Source: Raja brachyura (lineage: Eukaryota). Taken from it: 64,000 nt of DNA. Position numbers and translations under genes: made by a program. The stretch lies in assembly GCA_963514005.1 (NCBI GenBank), contig OY740800.1:32860001-32924000 (forward strand), read 5' to 3'. This document shows positions 12,833 to 25,677 of this stretch, in pieces. Below the pieces are notes generated by a model, which did not search any database, had not been told where the DNA came from, and was given only the letters and a program-made list of their open reading frames with translations. Position 1 is the first letter of the stretch, and each line of letters begins with the position of its first letter.

Positions 12833-13920
12833 AATTTGCTCTGTGGTGAAGATAGTCTAGGGAATAGGACCTAAGGTAGCTCTACTGAGAACCCGTAAGG
12901 GAAATGGACCAAAGGATCTCCTGTGCATTGAAGAACATGCAAGCGCAATTCTACAAGTGCTCTAATATGCAGAGGAATATGGATCCCTTGCAGGCATCAT
13001 GTTCGGCATGGACATTGTGGGCAGAAGGGCCTGCTCCCGTGCTGCACTGTTCCATGTTCTATCTCTCGCTGCAATGGGATTTACTATTTTGGTCCCAGTT
13101 ACTGTTGGATTTGTTAATGTAATATATATTTATACTCAAAGGCAAAAATAGCTGGTTGATGGTGTTGTAGGAAGGAGATGTATTGTGACGAAGCAGAATG
13201 TGACTGACTTGTTGCCTGAAACCCCCAGGAATAGTTTTGCTGTATCAAAGTGCCAATTTAAAGTTGACAGGGGAAAAAAAAATCCTTTTGCACGATCAGT
13301 AAGTGGGTTAATCTCGGTGACTGTAAGATTCAGCCCCAGTTATCAAGGTAGTTTTGAAGTTGAACTCCCCCCATCCCCACTCGTGTAATAAAGATGGCGG
13401 GGGAAAAATTGGCTTTTCTGTAAATACTAATATGTTTCTCAGTAAATATTAACATACTCTCTCTGTTGCAATTGATATGTTCACTGTCTGTGAAATGAAA
13501 AAAAAAAGCAGCTGGTATTCAACAATTTTTACGAACACTGAAGGTTGGCAAATTCTACCCAGCCATTGAATTTCTCTGAAAGTGCGGTCACTCTTGCAAT
13601 CTTGTGCTGCCAGCAGCCAGTTATTGCACAGCTGGGCTTCAGTTAAAAAGGACAATGGTCAGCGGTCAGTTTTTGGTGCTACTCGAGTGATCTACTTTGC
13701 TTGAACTATCTTGCTGCACTTCCATGTGCAATCTTTTAAATTGGCCTTTTTAATGTTTCCTCTGGGAGGATATGACTCCATGGCATGTCCACAGTAGTGT
13801 GGTGCAATTTGATTACGTTGTCAAATCTTAGGCACAAGGCTAGAACCATCAGGCTTCGAACTTGGAACTGAGAGGGCTAACATCTCCGCCAAGGCTCCAT
13901 TAAAATCTGTGCGGATGAGA

Positions 13921-14186
13921 ATGGTCGAGTTGTTGCCTTGAGACCTGGGTTCGGACCTGACTACGGGTGCTGTCTGTACAGAGTTTATTCTACCTGTGAC
14001 CACGCGGGTTTTCCCCAGGTGCCCCGGTTCCCTCCCACACTCCAAAGACGTACAGGTTAACTGGCTTCAGTAAAAATTGGAAGTTTTCCCCAGTGTGTAG
14101 GATAGTGCTAGTGTACAAGGATCGCTGGTCGGTGTGGAATCGATGGGCCGAAGGGCCTGTTTCCACGCTGCATCTCAAAACTAAAC
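13921..14186 (+). mobile_element. tRNA-derived SINE
   Basis: Same consensus as 12526-12832. Confidence 0.8.
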
Positions 14187-15221
14187 ACTAGGATTATGAA
14201 TGGGAATAGACCAAAATTCCCCTTGAGTCTGCTCTGCCATTCGTTAAGATCATGGCTGATTTTCCACCTCAATTCCATATTTACAATATTTGTTTTTGGA
14301 TGCACTGATCCTCCTCAGCAGTCCAGAGCAGAGAATGCCAAATATACATCACACTTTGAGTGAAGAAATATCTGCTCATTTCACTTCCACATGGTGTATC
14401 TTCTAGTTTGAGAAGGTGACTGCTGGTTCCAGACTGTTCATTGCATTGTCTTTGGTCCATGTATTGTCCTTCCGCTGAATAGCTAGCAAACATCAAAACC
14501 TTTTCACCGTACCATGGATCAAGTGATGATAAGCCAAACTCAATCCAGCTGGTTGAACCCTGTGCCAGTTTTGTTTGGGGCTGTTGTTTAGTTTTTGTTT
14601 GTTGTCATTGTCCACTGGGAGTGTGGGATCTTCCATTGTGGGAGATGTATTGAAGGGCTATTGATCGAATGAGGTGTGAAGAACAGCACGTCGGTGCGGG
14701 ATAAACACGGCAATTTACAAGTATTATGCCCTTCGAAGGAAGCCTCTCGAGGCGGGCTACGTTGAGGATTACTTACAAAATCTGGGGAAAAATTAGGCTG
14801 AAGTGACCAAAGATAAGGCTCTGAGGTTTGGAGAGCAGGGAGCATGGTGAAGATAGTTTGGGAAGGTACAGATTGATGAAGTGTTGTGCTGTCTGTGCAG
14901 TTTGGAGGATTAAGGAATAAGAAGACCAGGATCAAAAGGGTCATGGGGGAGGCAGGAGAAGCAGTTTGATGGAACTGATAATATCATTGGTCCATGTTTC
15001 TTCCCTGCTCTTACCTCAGTGCGCTAGCTCGCTTCGTCTCTTATTTTGCGCAGACTCCAACCTGGCAATAGACGAGAGCTACTGCATTGTCCGTTTGTGT
15101 TGCAAGAAATTCCAAACGTTAGGACTATCTAGCCCTGAATCCAGTCCCAGTAACTCTTCCAAATCTGGGTTCCCACATCCAGGGACGGAGTGATGCACAT
15201 AATCACCAACTGAAGATCCTT

Positions 15222-15504
15222 AGGGTGGTACAGTGGTACAGTGCTAGAGACCTGGCTTTGAATCCTGACTACAGGTGCTGTCTGTTCACAGTTTGTAAGT
15301 TTTCCCTGTGACCTGTGTGGGTTTTCTCTGAGATCTCTGGTTTCCTCCCACATTCCAAAGACGTACAGGCTTGTAGGTTAATTGGCTAGGTATTGGCTTG
15401 TAGGTTAATTGACTATTGTAAATCGTCCCTAGTGTGTGTAGGATGGGGTTAATGTGCAGGGATCACTAGTCGGCGCTGACTCGGTGAGCCAAAGGGCCTG
15501 TTTC
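15222..15504 (+). mobile_element. tRNA-derived SINE fused at its 3' end to a Penelope unit (15505-15636)
   Basis: SINE consensus followed by ccctgactctcagtctgaagaagggtctcgaccc. Confidence 0.75.
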
Positions 15505-16411
15505 CCTCTCCCCTGACTCTCAGTCTGAAGAAGGGTCTCGACCCAAACCTTCACCTGTTCCTTTTCGCCCAAGACCCGCTGAGTTAATCCAGCTTTTTGT
15601 GTTTATCATCGGTTCAAACCAGCATCTGCAGTTCATTCGGTGACTTGTTTATCTGAGTCGGGGCATGTTGTGAGAATGGGTGGAAGGGCTCTTTATCCTG
15701 GACCTCTCTGCTTGTTGCCTTGTGGTGGGATGGCTTGGTGAGGAAAGTGTTAACCGCTCACGATAGAAACGCAATATTTACAACAAGTAAAACCAGGAAA
15801 AGTGATCGTCCAAAATAATGCAAAGCTTTGCGGTCTCTTGCCTTTGATTAGATTATGAACTTTGTAATTTAAACTCTAGATCGTAGATAGTATGGATATC
15901 TTACCTTGCTGACTATAGCTAACACTGGGGAAGGAGTATCAGCCTGCATTGTCCATGTTGGAATGATCAGAGTGATTGTTGTTAAGCCGTGCTGGATTCT
16001 AGCATTGATTACATTTCACTCTGCTGTATATGGAAGAAATAAACTTTCATCCATCTTCATTCCCACTCTTTGTTCATGATGTCTCTCACTTAATTTTACA
16101 CACATCTCTGCTTCCCTCAGCCATAAACCCATTAAGCTGCTTCATATCAGACTTAATGTTGAAATGCTGTCTTCTTCCCACCTTTGTTTACAACTGCTTC
16201 GCAGAGAGGCTTTTCTGAAGCGTGACCTTTGCTTCTCTTTCAAAACGATGTCCTTTTCACCGACAATCTGTTTCCCAGACTTTGCATTTCTTTATACGGG
16301 TTATTTAGAGTGGGCGCACTGAGTAGGAGGCTTGGATCGAGTGTTTGTGGAGAGGATGTTTCCACTAGTGGGAGAGTCCAGTACCAGAGGTCACAGCCTC
16401 AGAATTAAAGG

Positions 16412-17020
16412 TCAAGGTTTCAAGGTCAGTTTGTTGACACATGTACCAATTAAGGTACAGTGAAATTCGAATTACCATACAGCCATACTTTTTTAAAAAA
16501 AGCAACTAGACACACAACTACATAAAAGTTAACATAAACATCCACCACAGTGGATTCCCCACGTTCCTCACTGTGGTGGAAGGCAATAATGTCCAAAACT
16601 TCTTCCTCTTTTATTCTCCCGTGGTCGGGGCAGTCGAACTATCTGCAGTCGGTGGTCGAAGCTCCCGCGTCCGGGTGATCGAAGCTCCCGCGTCCGGGTG
16701 ATCGAAGCTCCCGCGTCCGGGTGATCGAAGCTCCCGCGTCCGGGTGATCGAAGCTCCCGCGTCCGGGTGATCGAAGCTCCCGCGTCAGGGCGGTCGAAGC
16801 TCCTGTGGCTTGGAGTTCCCGAAGTCGGTCTCTCACCCGAGACTGGGAGCTCCACGATGTTAAAGTCCACAGGCTCCTGCGGTTGGAGCCCCAAAGTCAA
16901 TCCCCGACAGTGATCACGAGCTCCGTGATGTTAGGTCCACAGGCTCCCACAGTGGAGCTCTCGAAGTCGGTCTCCAGCAAAGGCCGCCAACTCCACAATG
17001 TTAGGCCGCAGAGCGGATGG
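16412..17020 (-). mobile_element. Unclassified GC-rich non-autonomous retroelement with Rex-like tail and internal minisatellite
   Basis: Tail resembles the Rex 3' ends in this window; shares a hairpin segment with 25811-26014; GC-rich part resembles 1-125. Confidence 0.5.
16656..16803. repeat. 23-bp minisatellite tcgaagctcccgcgtccgggtga (5 perfect units, 1 variant, 1 partial)
   Basis: Units start at 16656, 16679, 16702, 16725, 16748 and 16771. Confidence 0.95.
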
Positions 17021-17409
17021 AGAATTTCTTTAGTCAGAGAGGGTGGTGAACCTGTGGAATTCTTTGTCACAGAAGGCTGTGGAGGCCAAGTCGATTGATA
17101 TTTTTAAGGCATCGATAGATAGATTCTTGATAGATAGTACTGGTGTCAGGGGTTACGGGGAGAAGGCAGGAGAATGGCGTTAGGAGGGAGAGATAGATCA
17201 GCCATGATTGAAGGGCGGAATAGACCTGATGGGCCGAATGGCCTAATTCTGCTATTATCGCTTATGATCGTATGATAGGGTAATTACATTTGAAGGTGGA
17301 CTAGATGGGTTGTAGGGTCTAATTCTCCTGCTTTGATCTATGATCTTATGGGAAATGGCGCTGTTGTCAGAGTTGTCCATCCTCCAAGAATTGGCGATTT
17401 GGGGAGAAT

Positions 17410-17590
17410 GTCAGCTGAACGTGGTGTTTGTGATGGGGGGGGTGTGCGTGTGAGGAGAATGGTGTGCGTGCGAGGAGGGTGGTGTGCCGGGTGGGGGGGG
17501 GAGATGGGGGAGGGTTTGTGCGTGTGTCTGGGAATGGGGCGGGTGTGGGGGTGGAGAGGGTGGGTGTGTGCAGGGCGTGTGCCAGGCGAA
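17410..17590 (+). repeat. G/GT-rich low-complexity tract (G-quadruplex potential)
   Basis: Many GGG runs interspersed with gtgt. Confidence 0.7.
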
Positions 17591-18219
17591 GGCCAGTGCT
17601 GGTGGAACTTCATGTTCCCATTTGACCTTGGGCAATAAATCAGCGCAGGCTGAGTGCAGACATTTGGAGAGCAGTAGCAGAGGGTGTGTGTACTACTACA
17701 TGTTCCACAAGAGAAGATGAGAGGGGGAAATAAAAAAGCGGAATTCTCTTGAAGTTTAGATAAATCTGTGCCCACTGTGCCCACAGTGTGCGTGGACCCT
17801 TTGGCTAAGGATTTGCTTTATTTAGAAGAGTAAGGGAATGAAATGGCCCTCCTTGTAACAGCTGATGATCAGCAGGCCCTTCTGCTGCAGAGTCTGCCTT
17901 GCAATTCTGCTCAGAAATTGCTACCAGCAGGATTGCAAATACTTAAAACCTTAACTGTGGGGGAAGCAAAGACTGGTTGGCTGCCCTTCCTCCAGTTTCC
18001 AATTGATTGCTGCCTTTTTTTTTGCAATCAGTGATCTACCATCTTTGGGGAGGAGGTGGTTTTTTTTTCTTTGATAAGGGAGGTGTGAAAGTGAAAATAT
18101 TTATTTATCATTTGCTCTGCATATGAACCAAAATAATTAAATTATTTCTTGATGCAGCTTTACAGGCATATTGGATGCATCAACAACAATAATTATACAA
18201 CAACACTCATAATAGAATG

Positions 18220-18507
18220 GTTTTAGTTTAGAAATACAGCGCGGGAACAGGCCGATCGGCCCACTGAGTCCGCACCAAGCAGTGATCTCCGCACATTAAC
18301 AATACCCGACACACACTAGGGACATGTTTACATTTATACCAAGCCAATTAACCTGGAAGCCTGTACGTCTTTGGAGTGTGGGAGGAAACCCACGGAGGGC
18401 ACGGGGAGAACGTACAAACTCCGACCAGACAAGCACCCGTAGTCAAGATCAAACCAGGGACTCTGGCGCTGTAAGGCAGTCGTTCTACCGCTGTGCCATC
18501 GTGGTGC
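18220..18507 (-). mobile_element. tRNA-derived SINE
   Basis: Reverse complement of the consensus. Confidence 0.8.
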
Positions 18508-18891
18508 ACCTGGGTCATAACTCTTAAATTATCAGTTATTCGAAGTAAATTGAACCATGATCGTGCAAAAAAAAAAAGGCCAAAGTACATGGAGAAACCA
18601 TAATAGCGCGAAGTCCGTAGTGGTTTGGTACCGAGGTTGAGTTGCGGTCAAGATTGTGCCGGGTGGTTCAAAAACCTGATGCTTGGGAAGAAGCTGTTCT
18701 TCAACTTGGAGTTAATGGTTCTCAGGCTTCTGTACCTTCTCCCAATGGCAGCATTGAGAAGAGTGTGTGGCCAAGGTGGTATGGTTGGACAGAGTGGAGA
18801 GTCGATAGCTGGTAAAGAGATGAAGGGAATGGGTAGGACAAGAACTAGCAAATGATAGATGGATTTGGGTGAGGCAAGGTATAATGGCAGG

Positions 18892-19197
18892 CGGGGGGCA
18901 TGGTGTCGCAGCGGTAGAGTTGCTGCCTTACAGCGCCAGAGACCTGGATTCGATCCTGCCTACGGGTGCTGTGTCCATAGAGTTTGCACATTTTCCCCGA
19001 GACCACAAGGGGTTTCCTCGGGTGCCAGGCATTCCTCTCAAATCCAAAGACCAACAGGTTTGTTGATGAATTTGGTTTCGGTAAAAATTGTAAATTGTTC
19101 CTAGTGTGTAGGATAGTACTAGTGTACGGGGATCGCTGGTCGACACGGGGTCGGCAAGCCGACGGGCCAGGTACCACGCTGTATTTCTAAACGAAAC
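18892..19197 (+). mobile_element. tRNA-derived SINE
   Basis: Consensus match. Confidence 0.8.
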
Positions 19198-20499
19198 CTT
19201 TTTGTTTTTTTCAAGTCTTTACCCTGACAAAATTTGCACAGATGATTACTATGTCTTTCCGAAAAACTGCCTTTATGCTCTGCCTTCCCTTGTGGTTGCT
19301 GTTGGGGAGCTTTGCGTAGATGCTGTTAATGGTGGGGAGGGTTGTACCCGTGATAGACTGTGCTAAGTCCACCCTCTCCACAGCATCTTGCTTCCCTGTG
19401 CATTGAAATTGCTGTCCTAGGCCCCGATGCACCAAGTCAGGATAGGTTTTACAGTGCTTTTCTAGACGTGTGTTGGGGTATTGGGTGACGTCAAATGTCA
19501 CTTCGAGAGGTACTACCATGCCTTATTTTGTGAATACACTTAGAGCAGGTCATCAAAGGGACCTGGACTTGGAGCAGGTCATCAAAGATGTTAATGCCTA
19601 GGAACTTGCTAGCTCTCCACCGCTGACTCACTAATGAAGATTGGCTCCCGTTTTCCTGGCTTCCTCTTTCTGAAGTCAACGTTTAGATCCTCGGTTTTGG
19701 CGTTGAGCAAAAGCTGGTTCTAGCAGCTCCATTCAACCAGGTGTTCTGCCTCGCGTACGCTAGCTCATCACTACCCGTCATTCGGCCAAGAACAGTGGCG
19801 CACTTGGCCAACTCATCCATGATACAGGACCTATGCTCAGCCACGCAATCATGGGTGTAAAGGGGTAGAGTAGACTTGAGAAGCTATTTCTTCAGCTGAA
19901 AGTGAATCTTTGTCATTTTTGGTTTTAGTGTGGAGGTTCAACCACTGAGAGGATTTAAGGAAGATTTTTTTTAGATATTAAACGAATTGGGGCTGGTGCA
20001 GAAAAGTAAGGCAACAGATTAGGTTTGATGTTAAATTTGGTTTTGGTTTCGAGAGACGGTGTGGAAACTTGCCCTTTGGCTCACCATGTCCATATCAGCC
20101 AACGATCTCTCATACACTAGTACTATCCTACACACTAGGGACAATTTACAAGCTAATGTTCCTACATACCTGCACATCTTTAGAATGTAGGAGGAAACCA
20201 GAGCACCCGGAGAAAACCCACGCGGTCACAGCTAGAACGTGCAAACTCCGTTCAGACAGCACCCGAGGTCAGGATGGAACCCGTGTCTCCTGGGCAGTAA
20301 GGTTGCAACTCTACTGCAGCGCCACCATGCAGCCTCTAATGGTGAAGCAGGTAGAGGGCTGAATGACCTCCTCTAATCTGACTGTTCCACACGGCACAGG
20401 ACTTCACCCTTCATCCTTCATCCTAGGACTAAACTGGAATTCCCAGTCTTCCTTTTTTCATGAAATAAAGCCCGGGATAGTACATGGAGCGCAAACAGT

Positions 20500-21000
20500 G
20501 AATATGTGTGGGACGCTTGTTCACCGACCTGCCTCCTATATATTGGCGAGACCAAGCGTAGACTGGGCGATCGTTTTGCTGAACACCTTCGGTCAGTCCA
20601 CCTTGGCCTACATGATATCCCGGATGCCAAACACTTTAATTCCACTTTCCATTCCCATACTGACCTTTCTGCCCTGGGCCTCCTCCACTGTCAGAGTGAG
20701 GCCAAATGCCAATTGGAGGAACAACACCTCATGTTTCGCTTGGGCAGCTTACACCCCAGCGGTTAATTTCTCCACCTTCATGTATCCTTTCCATCCCCTC
20801 TCTCTCTCTCCATCCTTCCCCCACCCTACTCATCATACTAGTTTCACTCTCTGTCTAACTCATTATCACCTAGCACACCGCCAACAATGGACCATTGTGG
20901 GCTCCACCTTTCCTTGATCATCGTAACTTTTAGCATATCTTTAATTCATTTGATCTGTACCTCTCTATACCACTGCCTCCATCTCCCCTTTCCCTTTCTG
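20500..21000 (+). mobile_element. Penelope-like element 3' fragment: GIY-YIG endonuclease C-terminus plus 3'UTR
   Basis: Reads CLLYIGETKRRLGDRFAEHLRSV...AKHFN...H...LEEQHLMFRLGSLHPSG, typical of Penelope GIY-YIG ends. Confidence 0.85.
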
Positions 21001-21236
21001 TTTCTCTCTCCATGGAAGATGGACGCTAAAAAGCTGGAGTAACTCAGCGGGTCAGAGTGTGTCTGTGGAGGGGGGGGGGGGGTGGGGAAAGGAATTGGTG
21101 ACATTCTGGGTCCAGAGATGCTGCCTTACTCGCTGAATTACTCCAGCTTTCTGCGTCCAGCCAACGGTGAATAGTCTGACTAAGTTCTCTGTAATTCTAT
21201 GTCCTGAGCTGCCTCTTCACCCGGCCTGCCTGAGGG

Positions 21237-21329
21237 TTACACAAAAAGCTGGAGAAACTCAGCGGGTGCAGCAGCATCTAAGGAGCGAAGGAGATGGGCG
21301 ATGTTTCGGGTGGAGACCCTTCTTCAGAC
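21237..21329 (-). mobile_element. 93-bp hammerhead-bearing insertion with 8-bp TSD
   Basis: cctgaggg at 21229-21236 and 21330-21337. Confidence 0.7.
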
Positions 21330-23472
21330 CCTGAGGGCCTGCCTGCCGATCAAACACATTTTGTCGACCAGTCAAGCTTTGTTCACTTTTCATAGTTATT
21401 CACTATTTGTAAGCTGGGCAAGTGAGACCACCCTTGAGGACTGGGATCTGTTCCCTGCCAGGACTGCCAACCATTCCGGCATAGCCAGGAACTTTCCAGG
21501 AGTTAAAGATTAATCTTCTGGATACTGCTGCTCACAACTGAATGATTAAAAAAAATTCCATGGCTGCAATAAATAAAATTGGACATTGCCTTCAATTTGT
21601 TTGTGCATTTTAAATGGGTGGAAGTTGCCTTTTTGCCAATCTATAATCATTCATATGTGAGGGTGAGTTCCTGTTGACTTGCACTTGCTGCGGCTGAACA
21701 CTGAGCTTCGGGATTAGGTGAGCATTGGGGAGTTTTGGGGAGACGTATAACTCTCGGTATGTTTCTTCTATTTCCACTGTAGTCCCTTGTGGCATTTAGA
21801 TTTTCACTTGTTTAAAATGAGTTGGTTATAATGACAAGATGGTATACACGTTTTTCCTTCACTGGTTCAGCAGCATTCTTTGTTGGCCATCCAAGGACAG
21901 TCCTAGATGCCTACTCAATTAAAGGCCGGTGCAGGGGTAGAGTTGCTGCCTTACAGCGCCAGACACCCGGGTTCGATCCTGACTACGTGTGCTGTCTGTA
22001 ATGTACAGAGTTCGCATATTCTCTGTAATTGTGTGGTTTTTCTCCGGGTGCTCCAGTTTCCTCCCACACTCCAAAGACGTGTAGGTTTGCAGGTTAATTG
22101 GCTTTTGTAAATTGTCCCTACTGTGTAGGATAGGCTAGTGTGTGGGTGATCATTGGTCAATGTGGACTCTGTTGGTGTGCCTCTGATTAGCAATCAGCTA
22201 TGTTGCCTTTAATATAAGTGATTTCTCTCCCTCCGTGGATGCTGCCTGACCTTCTGAGTATAGATGTTATTTTATGTTTTTATTCCTGCTATTGTGTGGG
22301 CACAGGATTTGAATCTGGTTGTGACCCACAAGATATGTTCTTTTTTTAAACACACCTTAGAATGAGTTTACTACACTTTTGAGATATAGTGCGGAAACAG
22401 GCCCTTTGGACCACTGCGTCGACTAGCAATCTAACCTAAACACTCGGGACAATTTACAATTTTACCAAAGCTGATTAACATGCAAACCTATACGTCTTTG
22501 AAGTGTGGGAGGGAACCTGGACAAACCCATGCTGTCACAGGGAGAAGGTACAAGCTCCGTACAGACAGCACCCGTAGCCAGGATCGAACCTGGATCTCTG
22601 GCGCTGTAAGGCAGCGACTCTACTGCTGCACCACAGTGCAGCCCCTAATGAGTTGTATGTGAACTGTTTTGACCATAAGGTCATATCATAGCAACAGTTT
22701 GGGCTTTCAGTTGAGTTGGAAAAGGAGCTGAAAGTTTTTTTAAAGAAAAGTTTGTTTTTTAAAAATCAGTTCTTAACAGGACGAATAAGGGGAAATTGAG
22801 GACAGGAGCAGGGTCAGTAAGCAGAGAACCTGGAGATGAGTATTTCTTGCATCCTGATAGTCAAGATGTGGAGTGCACAGTCTGAAAAACTCTTAAATCA
22901 ATTAAACAGTGACTCTGACAAAGACATTGAATGAGTACTTGAAAAGAAGATGCTACTGCATTCAGGGGAAATAAAAGTATTTGGGTGACATTGCAAAGGA
23001 GGCACGATGGAGAAAGCTTTCCTCCTCTGCAGGATCATCTTTTGTGGCCAGCTGTTGGTCCCAGCTCTCGGGGATCGTGTGAAGCTGTTTAGAACATAGT
23101 TCAGTGTCAGCACTGAAGGTTATTTCCCTTTGAGGACGGACGTGGAGATAAAGAACTCATTCCACATGACTGCAATAGGATGGAGCATTTCAGTTCTACA
23201 ATTAAACTCCAAGTGCTCCACTGCTGTCCCATTGTTGGTCCTATTGAACGGCCCAGTGGGTCGAGGGCAGCCTGTGTATGTGGGTCAGGCACAACATGGT
23301 GTACACAAACTGAGCAAATGGAAGTATAAAGTCAATCATTGCTGTCGGGCATCAGTACGGAATGGACTAAAAGGGCGAGTAGTTTGCACTCAAGAAGAAT
23401 CTGGTTTGATTCTAGGCACTGACTCTTTGGCATCCAAGGATTGGTTCTCCTTTGTCCGTGCGACTCCATAGT

Positions 23473-23603
23473 CAACCTGAAGAAGAGTTTCGACCAGAAA
23501 CATCACCTATTCCTTTTCTTCAGGGATGCTGCCTGACCCGCTGAGTTACTCCAGCATTTTGTGCCTTTCTTCGGTGTAAACCAGCATCTGCAGCTTCTTC
23601 CTG
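23473..23603 (+). mobile_element. Penelope hammerhead unit (disrupted stem II) with 9-bp TSD
   Basis: ctccatagt at 23464-23472 and 23604-23612. Confidence 0.7.
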
Positions 23604-25677
23604 CTCCATAGTTTGGCTATTCCACACAGCATAGGACCTCCGTCCTAGGACCAAGCTGGAATTCCCTTTTTTCCCCTACTACTTGATAATAAAGCTCTTA
23701 GGAGGCAGGTCTATCCCATTTTGTGCAGAAATACCGACCCTAGCTTTTGCCCAAGAGTTTTAATGCTGCGTCCTTGCAGCTGCCAGCACTTTGATGGAAT
23801 TAAGTTGGGTTTGGTCCAGTTGTCAACTGTCCGTTGTGCTTGTTCAGATGGGACGGTTGCCTTTACCGTTCTGCAAGCTGGTTCATCCAGGTTCTTGAAG
23901 TCTTTCACAGTCTTTCCTGGTACCAGCCTAACCTGCTCCCAGCACTTCCTCGTACCAGTGCCAACTAACCCACATGGCCTTCCAAGTTGGCAATAAACTT
24001 CTCCTCCAGGTTCCTAATACCTTGCTGCCCAACCTCTAATTTCCCAACATCTACGTAATACACTGCTATCTCGAAGCTCCTCCGTTCTGGCCTGCACTGC
24101 ATCTCTGCTGCTCCATGAGTGACTCCAACGCCTTGGGCCTTAAGGTGCGATTCCCTCTCATTGCTGCTTCATCCCTCATGCTTTTGCACCATGAGGAGGG
24201 ATCCCCACTCCTTCAATTTGAGTAGAAAGGAACTGCAGATGCTGGTTTATACCGAAGGTAGACACAAAAAGCTGCAGTAACTCAGCGGGACAGGCAGCAT
24301 CTCTGGACACAAGGATAGGTGACTTTTCGGCTCGATACCCTTCAACTGATCTCTTTAGGCTGTATGTTGACACCACTTGAGTGCCTCCTTGCATGAGTCG
24401 GTGTCATGCTAATGCTCCTTAGAATCTCCTTGGCACCAATTACCAAGTTTGGGTTTTGTCATTGTCCACAAACTTTTTTCTTTGTATATTTGAAACAACA
24501 AGGCACCTGCTTAAATTGCCCTCTCTTTATATTCAATCGTTAACCCGCTCACCAAGATCCCTGCATGGTAAATATTTGCTGGGAGTTTAAAGATTAACCG
24601 GTCAAGTTAATACTTTTATGTTGTAGCCGCCTTTGTGCAGCCGCCGCGTTGGAAAGATTAAAATCAATGTATTGCCCCGAGGAAGGTGTTAAAGTCCTGT
24701 TTATCATCAACAGCCCTGCTCACTTGTCCTCAAGCATTTGCTGACTTTCCCGTTCATGTGTGACACTCCGTGAATGCGCAAATGCAGCACGTCCAAGAGG
24801 TGATTATGTGCTGACTGTAAAATGAAAATTAGTCACACCACCGTTAGAGTGGAGCTGTGAGATTTGGCAAAATGACGGGAGCGGGGGCTGACTAGTCCTT
24901 GGCCTGCGTTAGAAACCTCCTATTGCCCCAACCCACAACCATTCTCCCCCCCCCCCCTCCCATGCCGAGGAGATGCTTCAATGTCTGGTGTGCTGTCTTA
25001 TGCCTGATCCCTCGGGTAGACGTGAAATCTTGTGGTACTTCACTAATAAAAGTGGTTTGGTATTCACATTAGAGTCCTGCCTGCCCAGTACTTTTCCATA
25101 GATCAGCTTCAGTAGAACGGGTTATCTGCAGTGACTTCATTGGTGGTAAGCTGAGCTTGCTGGGTGCTTTTCTTTCATTTTCATCCTCGGTCAATCTGTG
25201 GGCTCTTTGTGTGGGCACCCACTTTGATCTATGATCAATATTGATTGATGATCAAAATGGTTTCATCATTTTTGGGGATCTAAAGAGAGGATGTTTTCAT
25301 CCTGCCAATTCTGGGTTGACCCCAGCTCCCAAAAGCTTTTGCATCATGAACAGGAATTTCCATAAATCCTTTGAAAATGTATCACCTGCACACTGAAAGC
25401 TCCAATCTGTTGCCCATGTTATTCCTTTTGCAAGGAGATGCAGGGTGGCACCAATGCATTTCATCCCAGGAAACCTGTGTCATTAGTCTTGCCTTTCTGC
25501 TGAGCACATCCCAGATTTTCATTGGAGCATTTCATTTGTAAGGAGAGATTGGAGAGACAGTGTTATTTACCCTGGAACGAACAAGACAAAATGATGAGCT
25601 TGTAGAAGCGTACAATATTATGATGCTTGCAAAGGTAGATAGCAAGAGTCTTTCTCCTGTGGTGTTTAAAACAAGAA

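Larger units (their letters stand above)
16320..17270 (+). mobile_element. CR1 fragment split by an inserted GC-rich element
   Basis: CR1 sequence at 16320-16411 resumes at ~17022. Confidence 0.75.

Noticed and set aside
16656-16803. CRISPR-like array
   Set aside because: The units are contiguous with no unique spacers, the context is eukaryotic and there are no cas genes; it is a minisatellite.
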